64,000 nucleotides of DNA from Octopus vulgaris (taxonomy: Eukaryota), in the NCBI GenBank assembly GCA_951406725.2, contig OX597834.1:21824001-21888000 (forward strand), given 5' to 3'. The notes beneath the pieces were generated by a model. The model searched no databases. It saw nothing but the letters and a program-made list of their open reading frames with translations, and was not told the origin of the DNA. The position numbers and the translations under genes are program-made. Numbering within the stretch: position 1 is the first letter of the stretch; each line of letters begins with the position of its first letter. Below, piece by piece: positions 1 through 12,729 of this stretch.

Positions 1-49
1 GTAGGTAGGTAGATAGATAGGTAGGTAGGTAGGTAGGTAGGTAGATAGG

Positions 50-92
<43 letters not shown>

Positions 93-310
93 GTAGGTAG
101 GTATGTAGATAGGTAGACAGGTAGGTAGGTAGATAGATAGGTAGGTAGGTAGGTAGGTAGGTAGGTAGGTAGATAGATAGATAGATAGATAGGTAGGTAG
201 GTAGGTAGGTAGATAGGTAGGTAGATAGGTTGGTAGGTAGGTAGGTAGGTAGGTAGATAGATAGGTATGTAGGTAGGTAGATAGATAGATAGATAGATAG
301 ACAGGTAGAC
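1..310. repeat. (GGTA)n/(GATA)n compound tetranucleotide microsatellite
   Basis: Direct reading: gtag/atag units throughout. Confidence 0.95.
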
Positions 311-973
311 AGAGAGATTAGATAGAGAGGGGAATAGAGATAAATAGAGAGAATGACAACAACAGAAATTTATATACAGACATAGAGAAATAGAGAAAGG
401 GAGAGAGAGAGAGAGAGACAAAGAAATACATAGAGAGAGAGGGAGAAAGACAAAGAGCGAGTGACATAGAACTCTCCAGACATACAGCTAAATATATCTG
501 GTAGAGCTATACATTCTATACACCCACCAGTATTCTATATACATACGACGAAGTTCAATAAACACAAATAAGTAGATTATTTCCTGAGTGTATAAAAAAA
601 AATTACTTTTTTTTTTCAACCATTGCTTTTTGAACAAGAGAGACAGACAGACAGACAGACAGAGAGCAAGACAAAGAGTGACAGAAAGAGGAAGAGGGGT
701 GGTAGTGGTGGTGGTGAGGGTGATGGCGGTGAGTCTGTAAACTGAGGCATTAAGAAGAAAAAAAATCCAGACTCAAGAGAACGAGAAAAACTTTAACTTC
801 GATATAAGTTTCTATATACAGGTATATATACAGGTATATATACATGTGTGTGTGTTATATATAGGTAAATATATTTTGTATAGATTTGTATGGTCTATGT
901 ACCTATTTATCATATGTTATTGTATACAGCTTTGTATTTTATATACCTGTCTATATCGTATATGCATGCATCA

Positions 974-1013
<40 letters not shown>

Positions 1014-1172
1014 AATGTTTGTATGTATGTATAGCACTTATACATACACATTCAGTATATACCTTTTTATTCATATGTGTATATTCACTTTATATATGTG
1101 TGTGTGTGCGGTATGTATGTATGTATAACACTTATACATAGACATTCACTATACCTTTTTATTCAAATGTGT

Positions 1173-1296
<124 letters not shown>

Positions 1297-1794
1297 TATG
1301 AATATATGTATATATATATATATATGAATATATATATGCACACACAGACTCACATTCTGTGCCTATATGTATGTATATCTCGACGGTGACAATAAACGGT
1401 AAACATTCCATCGATTAAAGAAGAAAAGCTGGAATATTAGTTGGAAACACGTGACTGAACAATTGATTCCAATCTTGTCAGGTCTTGTGGGGTTACCATT
1501 TCGTGGAGAAAATGGAAGAACTTCTGCTGAGCCAAAGTTTCAATAGCATCATCTAATAAGACACTGGTTCTTTGTTCCTTATAATTCTATTGAATTTCTG
1601 CTAAACAGTCCAGAAAACAGGATTGACCTCTCATCTGAAGATTCTTTCACTAACTTTGTCTACTGCTGCTGCTACTGCTACTACTACTACTACTACTTTT
1701 GTATATTGTGGAATCAAGTTTGAGGTTTCTTCTTTCGGAAACAATAACGATTTCAACAAAACAACAACAACAACAACACCAAAAAATAATACTA

Positions 1795-1975
1795 ATAATG
1801 GTTTCAAATTTTTGGTACAAATGCAGCAATTTCAGGGGACAGAATAAGTTGATTACATTGACCCCGGAATTCAACTGGTACCCATTTCATTGACCCTGAA
1901 AGTGAAAGGGTGAGAAAGTAAGACAAATCTCAGCAGCATTTGAGCTCAGAGCATAAAGACAGATGAAATGCTGTT
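1795..1975 (-). mobile_element. SINE family B (Meta-domain-like), degenerate copy
   Basis: Reverse complement matches the 43798-44028 copy: gaccccgg..actggtac..ttgaccctgaaag..tttgagctcaga. Confidence 0.65.
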
Positions 1976-2122
1976 CCACTGTACCCTCATACACACGCAT
2001 ATATTATATACACACATGTACACATGCACATTTACACACACACATACACACTCTTATGTATGTATGTATGTATGTATTATGTATGTATTATATACATACG
2101 TACATACACATAAATATATATA

Positions 2123-2168
2123 GACAGTCCAGTGAAGGCAAGCAGGCCAAAAGTTCGAAGTAACTGTC
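2123..2168 (+). ncRNA. Degenerate minimal hammerhead-like relic (Penelope-like element end)
   Basis: gacagt-CCAGTGA-a-ggc aagcag gcc-AAAA-gttcgaag-TA-actgtc. Stem I is a perfect 6 bp (gacagt/actgtc), stem III is near-palindromic, and the core is mutated. Confidence 0.4.
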
Positions 2169-2432
2169 AATGCTATTCTTGTTTAAGATTAAGATATACT
2201 CTACATTGAGTATTGAGTAGTCCTTCATTTTAATGTAAAATTGGTTTTATTATAACTTAACATAAACAAAAACATTAACACACATTCACACACATATAAA
2301 TATATTTAGACAAATAGGTAGAGAGATGGATGGATGGATAGATAGATAGACAGACAGACAAGTAGGTAGGTAGGCAGATAGATAGATAAGTTTCTTTATT
2401 GGCCACACAGGGCTGCACACAGATGGGACAAG

Positions 2433-2477
<45 letters not shown>

Positions 2478-2599
2478 TACAGACAGACAGACAGATAGAT
2501 AGATTAGATAGACATGAATAGATAGATAGATAGATAGATAGACATGACTAGATGGATAGATAGATAGATAGATAGATAGATATAGATAGACATGAATAA

Positions 2600-2636
<37 letters not shown>

Positions 2637-3034
2637 CAGACATGAATAGATAGATAGATAGATATTCATACTCATTGACCAATCTTCTGGTTTAAAAACA
2701 AATCACCAAACTACTTCTCAAGACTAAAGATCATTCACGTTGATAGGAAATGAACCAACAAGAGACATACTAAAATACTAAAAACCTACTAACCATACTT
2801 AATATGTACTTAATATGTTTACAAGTTCAGTGATTTCAGTTCGATGACCAATTTAGTAATCCAGTCTCTAACTGCTTCAACGTTTCAAGATGGAGAAATG
2901 CTGAAAACAACATTTTTATTATGTTTATAACGACATTCACTGCTACCCCTATCTCTAACCATCTGTTACTCTCCCTCTCAGTCTCTTAAGAAACTACCGT
3001 TATTACACGCGCATTCCTAATCCATTCTGCATTC

Positions 3035-3120
3035 CAGTGGTTCTCAACCATGGATCCCAGGCCCTCATGTGGCCCGTATTCGGTCCTCTAGCATCCTTCT
3101 GGTGGCCACCAGCAGTCTTC
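3035..3120 (+). mobile_element. hAT/Charlie-like MITE left end, truncated
   Basis: Starts cagtggttctcaacc, the same terminus type as the 57046 element. No right TIR seen. Confidence 0.35.
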
Positions 3121-3129
3121 CCTCCCTCA

Positions 3130-3586
3130 TTATCATCATCATCATTGTTTAACGTCCGTTTTCCATGCTAGCATGGGTTGGATGGTTCAACTGGGGTCTG
3201 GGAAGCCAGAAGGCTGCGCCAGGCCCAGTCTGATCTGGCAGTGTTTCTACGGCTGGATGCCCTTCCTAACGCCAACCACTCCGTGAGTGTAGTGGGTGCT
3301 TTTTACGTTCCACCGGCACGGGGGCCAGACGAGGCTGGCAAACGGCCACAATCGGATGGTGCTTTTTATGTGCCACCGGCACGGAGGCCAGTCAGGGCGG
3401 CGCTGCCAACGGCCACATTCGGATGGTTCTCTTGCATGCCACCGGCACTGGTATCACAGCTACAATTTCCATTGATGTTGATCGATTTTGATTTTCACTT
3501 GCCTCAACAGGTCTTCACAAGTAGGGTTTGTGTCATAAGAAGGAAAGGTATGCATAAGTGGGCTGGCTACATCCCAGGTAGAGGCC
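3130..3586 (-). mobile_element. Retroposon family C (SINE-like; GGAAGGGCATCC motif, (GAT)n tail)
   Basis: Near-identical to the copies at 20704, 37155 and 43720. (CAT)n on + is the (GAT)n tail on -. Has 2-3 internal gtgccaccggcac modules. Confidence 0.85.
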
Positions 3587-3608
3587 TGAATATAATAAAT
3601 TTTTCTGA

Positions 3609-3762
3609 GGCATAACTGTGTGGTAAGAAGCTTGCTTTCCAACCACATGGTTCTGGGTTCAGTCCCACTGCATGGCACCTTGGGCAAGTGTCTTCTGCTA
3701 TAGCCTCAGACTGACCAAAGCCCTGTGAGTGGATTTGATGGGCAGAAACTGAAAGAAGCCCA
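3609..3762 (+). mobile_element. SINE family A (tRNA-derived, CORE-like), 5' part
   Basis: A-box-like tgtgtggtaag, B-box-like ggttcagtccc, and ccttgggcaagt as in CORE-SINEs. Confidence 0.85.
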
Positions 3763-4170
3763 GCATGTGTAATTCAAAAGGTCCAACCTTGTTATACATT
3801 GCACTATGCTGGTTATACCTGAGAATTTCATTAAGGTTACACGTGTGACTGTGGAGTACTCAGCCACTGGCTCGTTGATTAAGGAGCAGGTAAAACAGTT
3901 GATCAAGTAATTGGATTTTTGAAATCAGAAGACAGAGATCTACCATGTATGAGAAAGAGACAGAGATCGTGGGAGGGAGGGGGGTAAAGAAAGGAGGAGG
4001 GAGAGGGAGAATTAATAAGAGAGAGAGAGAGGGAGAGAGTTAATCAGAGAGAGAGAATATGTGTTAATGAGAAAGAGAGGGAGTCAAATAGAAAGGGAGG
4101 GGAGAGAGGTAACAAGAATGATGTAGAGTGAGGAATACTGAGAGGGAGAGAGAGAAAAGAAACAGAGTCT

Positions 4171-4214
<44 letters not shown>

Positions 4215-4816
4215 ACAGAGACTTGGAGAGAGAGAGAGAGAGTCAGACATACAGAGAAGGAAATAGTAAGAGAGAGAATAGAGTAACAAGACTGATGCAG
4301 AGGGACCAAAAGTAAGAGGAAGAGCTAGCAAGAGGGGGAGAAAGAGAGAGAGAGAGAGAGAAAATAAGAAATAGTAAAAGCAAGAGAGAGAGAGAAAAGG
4401 ACAGAGTGTTAGAGAGAGGGCAGGAGAAAGTGAAAGAGAAGGTGAAAGAGAAAGAGAGAGAGAGAGAGAAAGGCAGTTTTGGAGATGAATTTCCATCTGC
4501 TATCACTCTCATCTTCTGTTGGGTATTTGTTAGTTAAGACTAAATGGTGCTGAAAATATCTGACAGACGAGATTTCGGTTCTATGAGGAAGAGATAACGT
4601 AGCAAAAAACAAAAACAAAAACGGTTTGGCATGAAAAAATCAGGAAAGATACAAAGAGCGCCGAAAGAAATCAGCAGGTGTAATCGCTCTCTGATAACGG
4701 CGTTTATCACCGATATGTGTTTTAATTTCAATGTGCTGCCTTTGTACAGTTATGTCCATTTTTCATTGCTAAACAATCTTGTGTCTGCAGGAAGAAGAGA
4801 GAAACATGACCATTCA

Positions 4817-4980
4817 GGCGCAGGAGTGGCTGTGTGGTAAGTAGCTTGCTAACCAGCCACATGGGTTCCGGGTTCAGTCCGACTGCGTGACATCTTGGGC
4901 AAGTGTCTTCTGCTATAGTCTCGGGCCGACCAATGCCTTGTGAGTGGATTTGGTAGACGGAAACTGAAAGAAGCCTGTCA
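4817..4980 (+). mobile_element. SINE family A, 5' half ending in the internal (TA)n
   Basis: ggcgcaggagtggctgtgtggtaag...gaaactgaaagaagcctgtc, matching the 12410, 29229 and 47677 copies. Confidence 0.9.
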
Positions 4981-5000
4981 TATATATGTATATATATATA

Positions 5001-5197
5001 GTTTATCCAAACAAGAAAGTACAAAAAAAACACAACAACGCGAGGACGTGGAACAAATATAGTATTATTGGACGCTCAGGAAAGAAGGAGGGTTTAACGT
5101 TTCGAACGGAGTTCTTCGTCGGAAACATAGGAGAAGGAAAGATCCAGAGAAGGGAAGACAGAGGAAAAAAATTGCCAATGGTACACACACGGTCATA
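5001..5197 (-). mobile_element. Hammerhead-bearing short element, subfamily P1 (Penelope pLTR/retrozyme-like)
   Basis: Highly similar to 10638-10835 and flanked by (TA)n on both sides. Contains the HHR motif at 5092-5126. Confidence 0.75.
5092..5126 (-). ncRNA. Minimal type-I hammerhead ribozyme motif (U4C core variant)
   Basis: Minus strand reads GUUU-CCGACGA-A-GAAC UCC GUUC-GAA-ACGU-U^-AAAC. Confidence 0.6.
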
Positions 5198-5216
5198 TAT
5201 ATATATATGAATGAAT

Positions 5217-5373
5217 GAAGGGCTTCTTTCAGTTTCCATCTACGAAATCCATTCACTAGGCTTTCATTGGCTGGGTACTATATTGGAAAACACTTGTCCA
5301 AGGCGCCATGCAGTGGGACTGAATCCAAACCCATATGATTGCAAAATGTTAACCACACAGCCATTCCTGCGCC
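5217..5373 (-). mobile_element. SINE family A, 5' half, inverted relative to the 4817 copy
   Basis: Reverse complement is ggcgcaggaatggctgtgtgg...gaaactgaaagaagccc. Confidence 0.85.
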
Positions 5374-5751
5374 ATAGAATTTCTACAAATTTCATTTTAA
5401 TAAAATATCAATATTTCCTCATAATTTGCCAAACTTTCTTTTGATTCCTGCAATTTTCCATTTCCAGACCTTCAGCAATTTTGCAAACTTTATTGTATTT
5501 CTGCAATTTTCCTTTCTTTGATATTTCCTCCTAATTTTCCAAACATTCTTCAAAATTCTGAAATTTCCTATTTCCACAAAACTTCTTCTTCACAATATTT
5601 CTCCTTATTTTCCAAAGATATTCTTGTAAATCTTGCAATTGCCATTTTCATGATATTTCCTGATAATTTTCGAAATTCTTCTTCAAATTTCTGCAACTTC
5701 CATTTTCACGATGCCAATCAATATTTTCTCATATTATGTATTTTATCGAAA

Positions 5752-5955
5752 ACCTTTTACTTGTTTCAGTCATAAGACTGTGGTGGCCATGCTGGGGCAC
5801 CGCCTTGAAGAAGTTTTAGTCAAATGGATGAACCCCAGCACTTTTTCTTAAAACTGGAAACTTTTTCTATCGACCCCCTTTTGCCAAACTGCTAAGTTAT
5901 GGGGACATAAACACACCAACACCAGTTGCCAAGCAGTAGTGGGGGACAAACACAG
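5752..5955 (-). mobile_element. SINE family A, 3' half
   Basis: Reverse complement contains ggtgtgtttatgtcccc..cttagcagtttggcaaaa..ggcggtgccccagcatggcc..tgactgaaacaagtaaaag. Confidence 0.8.
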
Positions 5956-5994
5956 ACACAAAGACTCCTTCTTTTATTTTTTTCTGTCTTCATT

Positions 5995-6365
5995 TTCTTC
6001 TTTGATTCTCCTTCTTCTTTTTCTTCCTCTTCTTCTTCTACTTCGTTTTCTCTTTCTTCAGCTTCTTCCACTTTTTCTCCTTCTTCTTCTTCTCTTTCTT
6101 CACCTTATTCCCCTTCTTCTTCTTCTTCTTCTTCTTCTTCTTCTTCTTCTTCTTCTTCACCTTCACCTTCTTCTTCTTCTTCTTCTCTTTCTTCACCTTC
6201 TTCTCCTTCACCTTCTTTTTCTTCACCTTCTTCTTCTTCTTCTTCTTCTTCCCCTTCTCTTTCTCCTTCTTCACCTTCTTCTTCTTCTTCTTCACCTTCT
6301 TCTTCTTCACCTTCTTCTTCTTCCCCTTCTTCTTCTTCTTCTTCTTTACTTTCCTTTCTTTTTCC
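5995..6365. repeat. (CTT)n-rich trinucleotide tract
   Basis: Direct reading. Source of the poly-S/L/K/E pseudo-ORFs. Confidence 0.95.
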
Positions 6366-6698
6366 TATTTCTTTCTTGTTTTCCTCTACTACTTTGCCTT
6401 TTCCTTCAAATACTTTCCAGAACTTTCCATATTCATTACATAGATAAATATTCACACACACATACAACACACACACACATACAACACACACACACACACA
6501 CACACACAATCGCAATGATGCTGGCATCAATTGCCATTATTTCTTTGGGGTTGGAAGGAACTGTAGAACAGAACTTTTTCCCAAAGCAGATGTTTTCTCA
6601 CAGCTGAATACCTTTCCATGGAATCCATCAACAATGCCAGAACTGGTTGCTATCTTCAAACTGCCTCATAGAATTTTCCTGTAAAGTGTGCATTGTAC

Positions 6699-6706
6699 TC
6701 TCTCCG

Positions 6707-6764
<58 letters not shown>

Positions 6765-7332
6765 TCTCTCTTTCTCCCTCTCTCTCTCTTACTCTCTCTT
6801 TCTCTCTCTCTCTTTCTCTCTCTATCTCTCTGTCCCTCTCTCTCCTTCTCTTTTTCTCCCCATAACCCTTTCTGTTTTTCTTCCTCTTTCTGTCTGTCTC
6901 TCTCTCTTTCTCTCATTGTGTTTCTCTCCCTCTTTCTCCCATTCTATCACTTTTTCTCACTCCTGCTTTGTGTCTCTTTCTCTCTCTCTCTCTCTCTCAC
7001 CCTCGCCCTCTCTCTTTCTCCCTCTATGTCTATGTGTTTCCCTTTCTTTTTTCTCTCTGTCTGTCTCTGTTTCACTTTATTTCTCTCTCCTCTCTTCCTC
7101 TCTCTCCCTCTCAGCCTCTCTTTCTCACTCCTTCTTTCTCCCTCTATGTCTATTTGTCTCTGTCTTTCCCTTTCTTTCTCTCTGTCTCTCATTGTCTCCA
7201 TTTCTCTCTCTCCTCTCTCTCTATTCACTCTCTCAGCATTCTCTCTCTCTCCCTCGGTCCCTCTTCTCTCTCCCCCTCTCCCCCTCTTTCTCTCTCTTTC
7301 CCTCTTTTTCCTTCTCTCTCCCTATGCTCCCC
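6699..7332. repeat. (CT)n polypyrimidine tract
   Basis: Direct reading. Confidence 0.95.
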
Positions 7333-8034
7333 CACCACCACCACCACCACCTCTAGCACACACTCAGAGAGAAATAAAAGTGTCTGACCCTTCAGTAGTT
7401 TGAACCCTCGAACCCTCCCGCCGTACACTTTTATAAGCAAACCACCACCACAATACGCCATTATTTTTATTATTCTTTTTTTTTTTTCTTTTCTTTTCTT
7501 GTTTTGCCCTTTTTTTTTTTTGGTTTCAGTCTCTCTTCTGATTAAGTATATCCAGACATACACACATACATACTTAGAAATACAGACGCACACACATGCA
7601 TATGCAAGCACACACACACACACAGATTCTCTGAGGAGCACACTCACATTCACCAATACAAATAAACACACACACTTAGAATTACATACATAAGCAAACA
7701 CATACACACACACACATCCAGAAATAGAGATACACACACACACATCCAGAAATAGAGATACACACACACACACACACTCAGAAATGCAAGCGCATTCACA
7801 GATACAAATACACACACTCATACACACACTCGTGCACACACTCACACACAAATCAGTTAATCAAGCTTATTTTTTGTGTTTTGTTGTTTTATGCTTATTT
7901 TGCGATTTTTCTTGTCTTTTTTTTTTCTTTTCGTCTTCATTTCTGATTAAGACACAGGCAAGTATATGCAAAGGCTTAAACGCAGAGAGAAATATGAGCT
8001 TTTCCACAGATATAGACACACACTACAACACACA

Positions 8035-8073
<39 letters not shown>

Positions 8074-8336
8074 GCACACTCACATATCTGTTAAATCAAG
8101 CTTAGAAATCACACAATCTTCCTTAACTGCATGTCAGGTTAACTTGAACATATGCGCGCACATGCATGTATATATATATATATATATATATATATGTGCA
8201 TGTGTGTGTATGTATGTATACATGTATGTATATATATACATGTACATATATATATATTATATATACATGTATATATTTATATATATATGTCTATATATAT
8301 AATACATATTATTTATCTATGTATAAACAAATGTGC

Positions 8337-8373
<37 letters not shown>

Positions 8374-8543
8374 TGTGTATGTAGCTATATATATATATAT
8401 ATGTGTGTGTATGTAGCTACACACACCCTCATACAATCTGTGGAATCCATTGGAATCACCGTTATCTCAGACAATCTGTCAAAGCAACACTGAATTTCTA
8501 TTGGTACAGCTTTAGAATAGATTTCTGCAGTTTGATTTTCTTG

Positions 8544-8584
<41 letters not shown>

Positions 8585-8787
8585 TGCATACATGTGTATA
8601 TTTGTGCATGTGTGTGTATATATTATTTATAGTGTGTGTGCGTGTGTGTGTGCGTATGTTTTAGTTTGTTTCTTTTTTACTTTTCGTTAACCCCCCACCC
8701 ACCTCCACCCTTTCTCTTATTTCTGAATGAATCGGGGGGAAATAAGCAAAGCATGCAAGATGTCTTTTCTTTCTCCTCTTTGTCTGT

Positions 8788-8819
<32 letters not shown>

Positions 8820-9385
8820 TCACTCTCTCTCTCTCTTTCTCTCCCCTCTCATCCTCTCTCTATATCTCTCACTGCACACACACACACACACACATATATT
8901 TGTTTATACATGTATGTATATATGTGTTTGTATATATATATACATATATATATACATCTATATCTGTGCATATAAATATATATATATACACACACACACA
9001 TATGTATATATATATAAAATGCACACACACATGCACAGAGATGTATAAACACATATGGGGAAGTGCAGGAGAGAGAGAGTGTTTAATCAGAATGCCAAAA
9101 TAACTTCTATGTGTTGATATCAAGTCAGTGCTATATAATCAATTTGATATTTACACATGTAACATCATTTTCCCTGCTTTGGCAGCAGAACATCCTAACC
9201 ATATTTTGCTGACACTGTTTAATGTTTGCATTTTACAAGCTTTTTCTCGAAAAAAAAAGAAAAATTATATAAATGAACAATAAATAACTAACAACAGTAA
9301 ATAAATTCATACATGCATACAAGCAAAGCACAACACTCGTATAAATGCATACACATGAATATATATATGTGCACACACATGTGTG

Positions 9386-9426
<41 letters not shown>

Positions 9427-9474
9427 ATTATTATTGTTATTATTACTATGTATTATTATCTATCTATCTATCTA

Positions 9475-9509
<35 letters not shown>

Positions 9510-9558
9510 ATAATAATGCAATACATACAAATATTAGTGCCTTGTTGTACCATTTATC

Positions 9559-9607
<49 letters not shown>

Positions 9608-9684
9608 TATACATAAATATACATGCACACAGACAAAATATATATATATATATGCCTATACATAAATATACATGCACACAGACA

Positions 9685-9719
<35 letters not shown>

Positions 9720-10139
9720 CGCACATACAAACATATACACATGCACACATGCATGTCTGTATATTCATACCTTTTTACAACAAAAAAAATCTAAAGAAAT
9801 ATTTGTAAAAACAGCAAGAAAAATCACAAAATATCATATGTTATCTTTATGAGGTATTATTTAAATGTTGTGAAAGGCAAACAGCTGAAATATAATATCA
9901 TTTGGCTTCTTGGTTTCAAGGGACGAAATATAAGTCATTGGTTTGGCTTCATGAATTCTCTGGTATAGTTAGGGCTTGGGCTCAGATTCGACAAAAGTAT
10001 GACGCATTGGGTTTCAGAAAATGTAGAGCAAGTGCTACAAACTATCTTGCTGTATTGTTGAGTTGCTGCTTCTCCTGTGTGCTCAAGGTGCATTGCTCTA
10101 GTCTACAGGAAATGAATGCCAGCCAAGTGCAGCTACATA

Positions 10140-10174
<35 letters not shown>

Positions 10175-10603
10175 TACCCCTCTACGAGTTTATTTTATTT
10201 TAATTCTCTCGTAGGAAGGCCTAGCTTGACCTTATGTGTTCTGTCTCTGCCTTCGAAACACGTGTCTGCTAGCAACAGCTGATGAAGGGAATTTTTCCTT
10301 GTGTAGCATGTCCTGTACTTCGTTTTTCTGCTGCACATAATTGTCTTTCCCGTTTTCATTTTCGTTTCGTCTTGTTCCACGTCTCTGTCCTTCTGTTGTA
10401 ACAAAATGTCTTCTCCGTTTTCGTTCTGTTGATTTTTTCGTCTTCTTGTGATGTCCTGTACGTATATATATATTTATATATGCATGTATATATACATGTA
10501 GATGTCGGTACGTACATATATGTTTGTATGTATGCATATATTTTATTTATTACACTATATATATATATATATATATACATACATACATACATACATATAT
10601 ATA

Positions 10604-10637
<34 letters not shown>

Positions 10638-10832
10638 GTTAAAGTTAAGCACAAAAAAAAACACGACGCGAGGACGTAGAACAAATATAGTATTATTGGA
10701 CGCTCAGGAAAGAAGGAAAGAAGGAGGGTTTAATGTTTCGAGCAGAGCTCTTCGTCGGAAACATAAGAGAAGGAAAGATCCAGAGAAGGGAAGACAGAGG
10801 AAAAAAATCGCCAACGGTACACACGAGGTCAC

Positions 10833-10835
<3 letters not shown>
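10638..10835 (-). mobile_element. Hammerhead-bearing short element, subfamily P1
   Basis: Paralogue of 5001-5197, between (TACA)n/(TA)n tracts. Confidence 0.75.
10728..10762 (-). ncRNA. Minimal type-I hammerhead ribozyme motif (U4C core variant)
   Basis: Minus strand reads GUUU-CCGACGA-A-GAGC UCU GCUC-GAA-ACAU-U^-AAAC. Confidence 0.55.
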
Positions 10836-10911
<76 letters not shown>

Positions 10912-11009
10912 TCTTTCCAGCTGTCATATGTGATGTCTGGCACTCAAATACAATATATATGCATTCGTGTATATAAAAATACATATATACATGTGTGTGT
11001 GTGAGTGTA

Positions 11010-11074
<65 letters not shown>

Positions 11075-12006
11075 ACAGATATATATATATATATATATAT
11101 ATAATAATTAGGATACTTCTCAAGACATCTTCAAACATCTCAATGTAAATACCAAATATTTAGAAAGGACAGTGTACAACATTTAAAGAAATGTAATGCT
11201 GTTGTATTTACTTGACACACACACACACACACACACACATTTAATATCTATAGTATCAAGGGGCTCCAGTCTCATTAAGCTATAAATATTTACAAGACAG
11301 TGTCTCACCTTCACAACATTATCTTTCTAATATACTATGAAATAATGATGTCAGACCTAAGAATTTTGGTGTTGTGCATTGGTTCTAAGCAAAACTCAAA
11401 TTAACATACTATGTCGGATTTAAATTGGATTTGGTACCTACATATCTACACATCTACCGTATACTACCAAACACTTGATACCTTCATGGCTGTTTTACCT
11501 CTTTGTGAACCCTATGTTATTGAACCTAGCCATTTCTGGCATCCTCTTTGTTGGTGTGCCTGGATTCTATTGAATTTCAAACTAAGCAATGTTATATGCA
11601 TATACATATATACATCCACACACACACATATGTATGAAGCAAGCATGACTACGTGGTAGGAAGTTTGCTTCTCCACCACAGGGTTCTTGGTTCAATTCCA
11701 CGTCATTGCACCTTGGTTAAGTGTACAGTTGTCCCAGTGCATTTACATGTCTCAGTGTGTCTACAAGCTAAGTTCTCTGCATGTGTGTATCTTACTGTAA
11801 CTGTGTGATGCCTCAGAGTGCATGTGTACACACATATATATATATATACATATATATACATATATTTCCACATATGCATCTAATTACATTTTGGACATAC
11901 ACTTTTCCTATATATATTCGTACTGACTTTTCTCATTGTTGACGCCATTCCCAATATGGGCACAAATGTAATTTCTTCCCTAAATAAACTTGCACTTCAT
12001 GTTTGA

Positions 12007-12059
12007 GGCTCTGCTGATGCTGAGTCCACTGCATATCATAACAGAAACAGCTGTCAGCC
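12007..12059 (+). ncRNA. Hammerhead-like relic with one core substitution
   Basis: ggct-CTGCTGA-tg...ca-GAA-ACAGCTGT-C^-agcc. Stem I is ggct/agcc, stem III is palindromic, and the site is GUC. Confidence 0.45.
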
Positions 12060-12156
12060 AATGAAATGCATAAGATAATTATTTATTCCTTTGCTATCTC
12101 GTTTTTTTGTTACTGATCTACACTCAGCCAACACTTCGTTCTGAAACATACACATA

Positions 12157-12341
12157 CACAAGCATAGCTAGAAGGGGGTGCAGGGGGTGGTCCACCCTGG
12201 GTGGCACTTTTGTGGGGTGGGGGCAGTTTATGGAAGTGGAACCACTTTTGGGTCTGCTGTAGGCAGTATGTATTTTCTGTGGGGGCCTATGGCAGCAAAC
12301 TAGGGCCGTCCCGAGCAGCACACATTCTAGCTATGCTAGTG
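12157..12341. mobile_element. hAT-type MITE (185 bp)
   Basis: 17-bp TIRs cacaagcatagctagaa / ttctagctatgctagtg (16/17 match). 8-bp TSD tacacata / tacatata. Confidence 0.75.
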
Positions 12342-12409
12342 TACATATATTGAGTTCTACATGAGGTTATTAGTTTCACAATGCCTCAGCATTAATATAT
12401 ATATATATA

Positions 12410-12665
12410 GGCGCAGGAGTGGCTGTGTGGTAAGTAGCTTGCTTACCAACCACATGGTTCCTGGTTCAGTCCCACTGCGTGGCATCGTGGGCAAGTGTCT
12501 TCTACTATAGCCTCAGGCCGACCAAAGCCTTGTGAGTAGATTTGGTAGACGGAAACTGAAAGAAGCCTGTCGTATATATGTATATATGTGTGTGTCTGTG
12601 TTTGTCCCCCTAGCATTGCTTGACAACCAATGCTGGTGTGTTTATGTCGCTGTCACTTAGCGGTT

Positions 12666-12668
<3 letters not shown>
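12410..12668 (+). mobile_element. SINE family A, 3'-truncated
   Basis: Close match to the 29229 copy up to cttagcggttcgg, then (TA)n. Confidence 0.9.

Positions 12669-12729
<61 letters not shown>

Noticed and set aside
3178-3615. 145-aa ORF MDGSTGVWEARRL...
   Set aside because: Antisense reading of family C. The same peptide recurs at 37053-37349 and elsewhere.
5926-7403. Long ORFs (173-236 aa) rich in S, L, K and E
   Set aside because: Translations of (CTT)n and (CT)n tracts, open in several frames on both strands.
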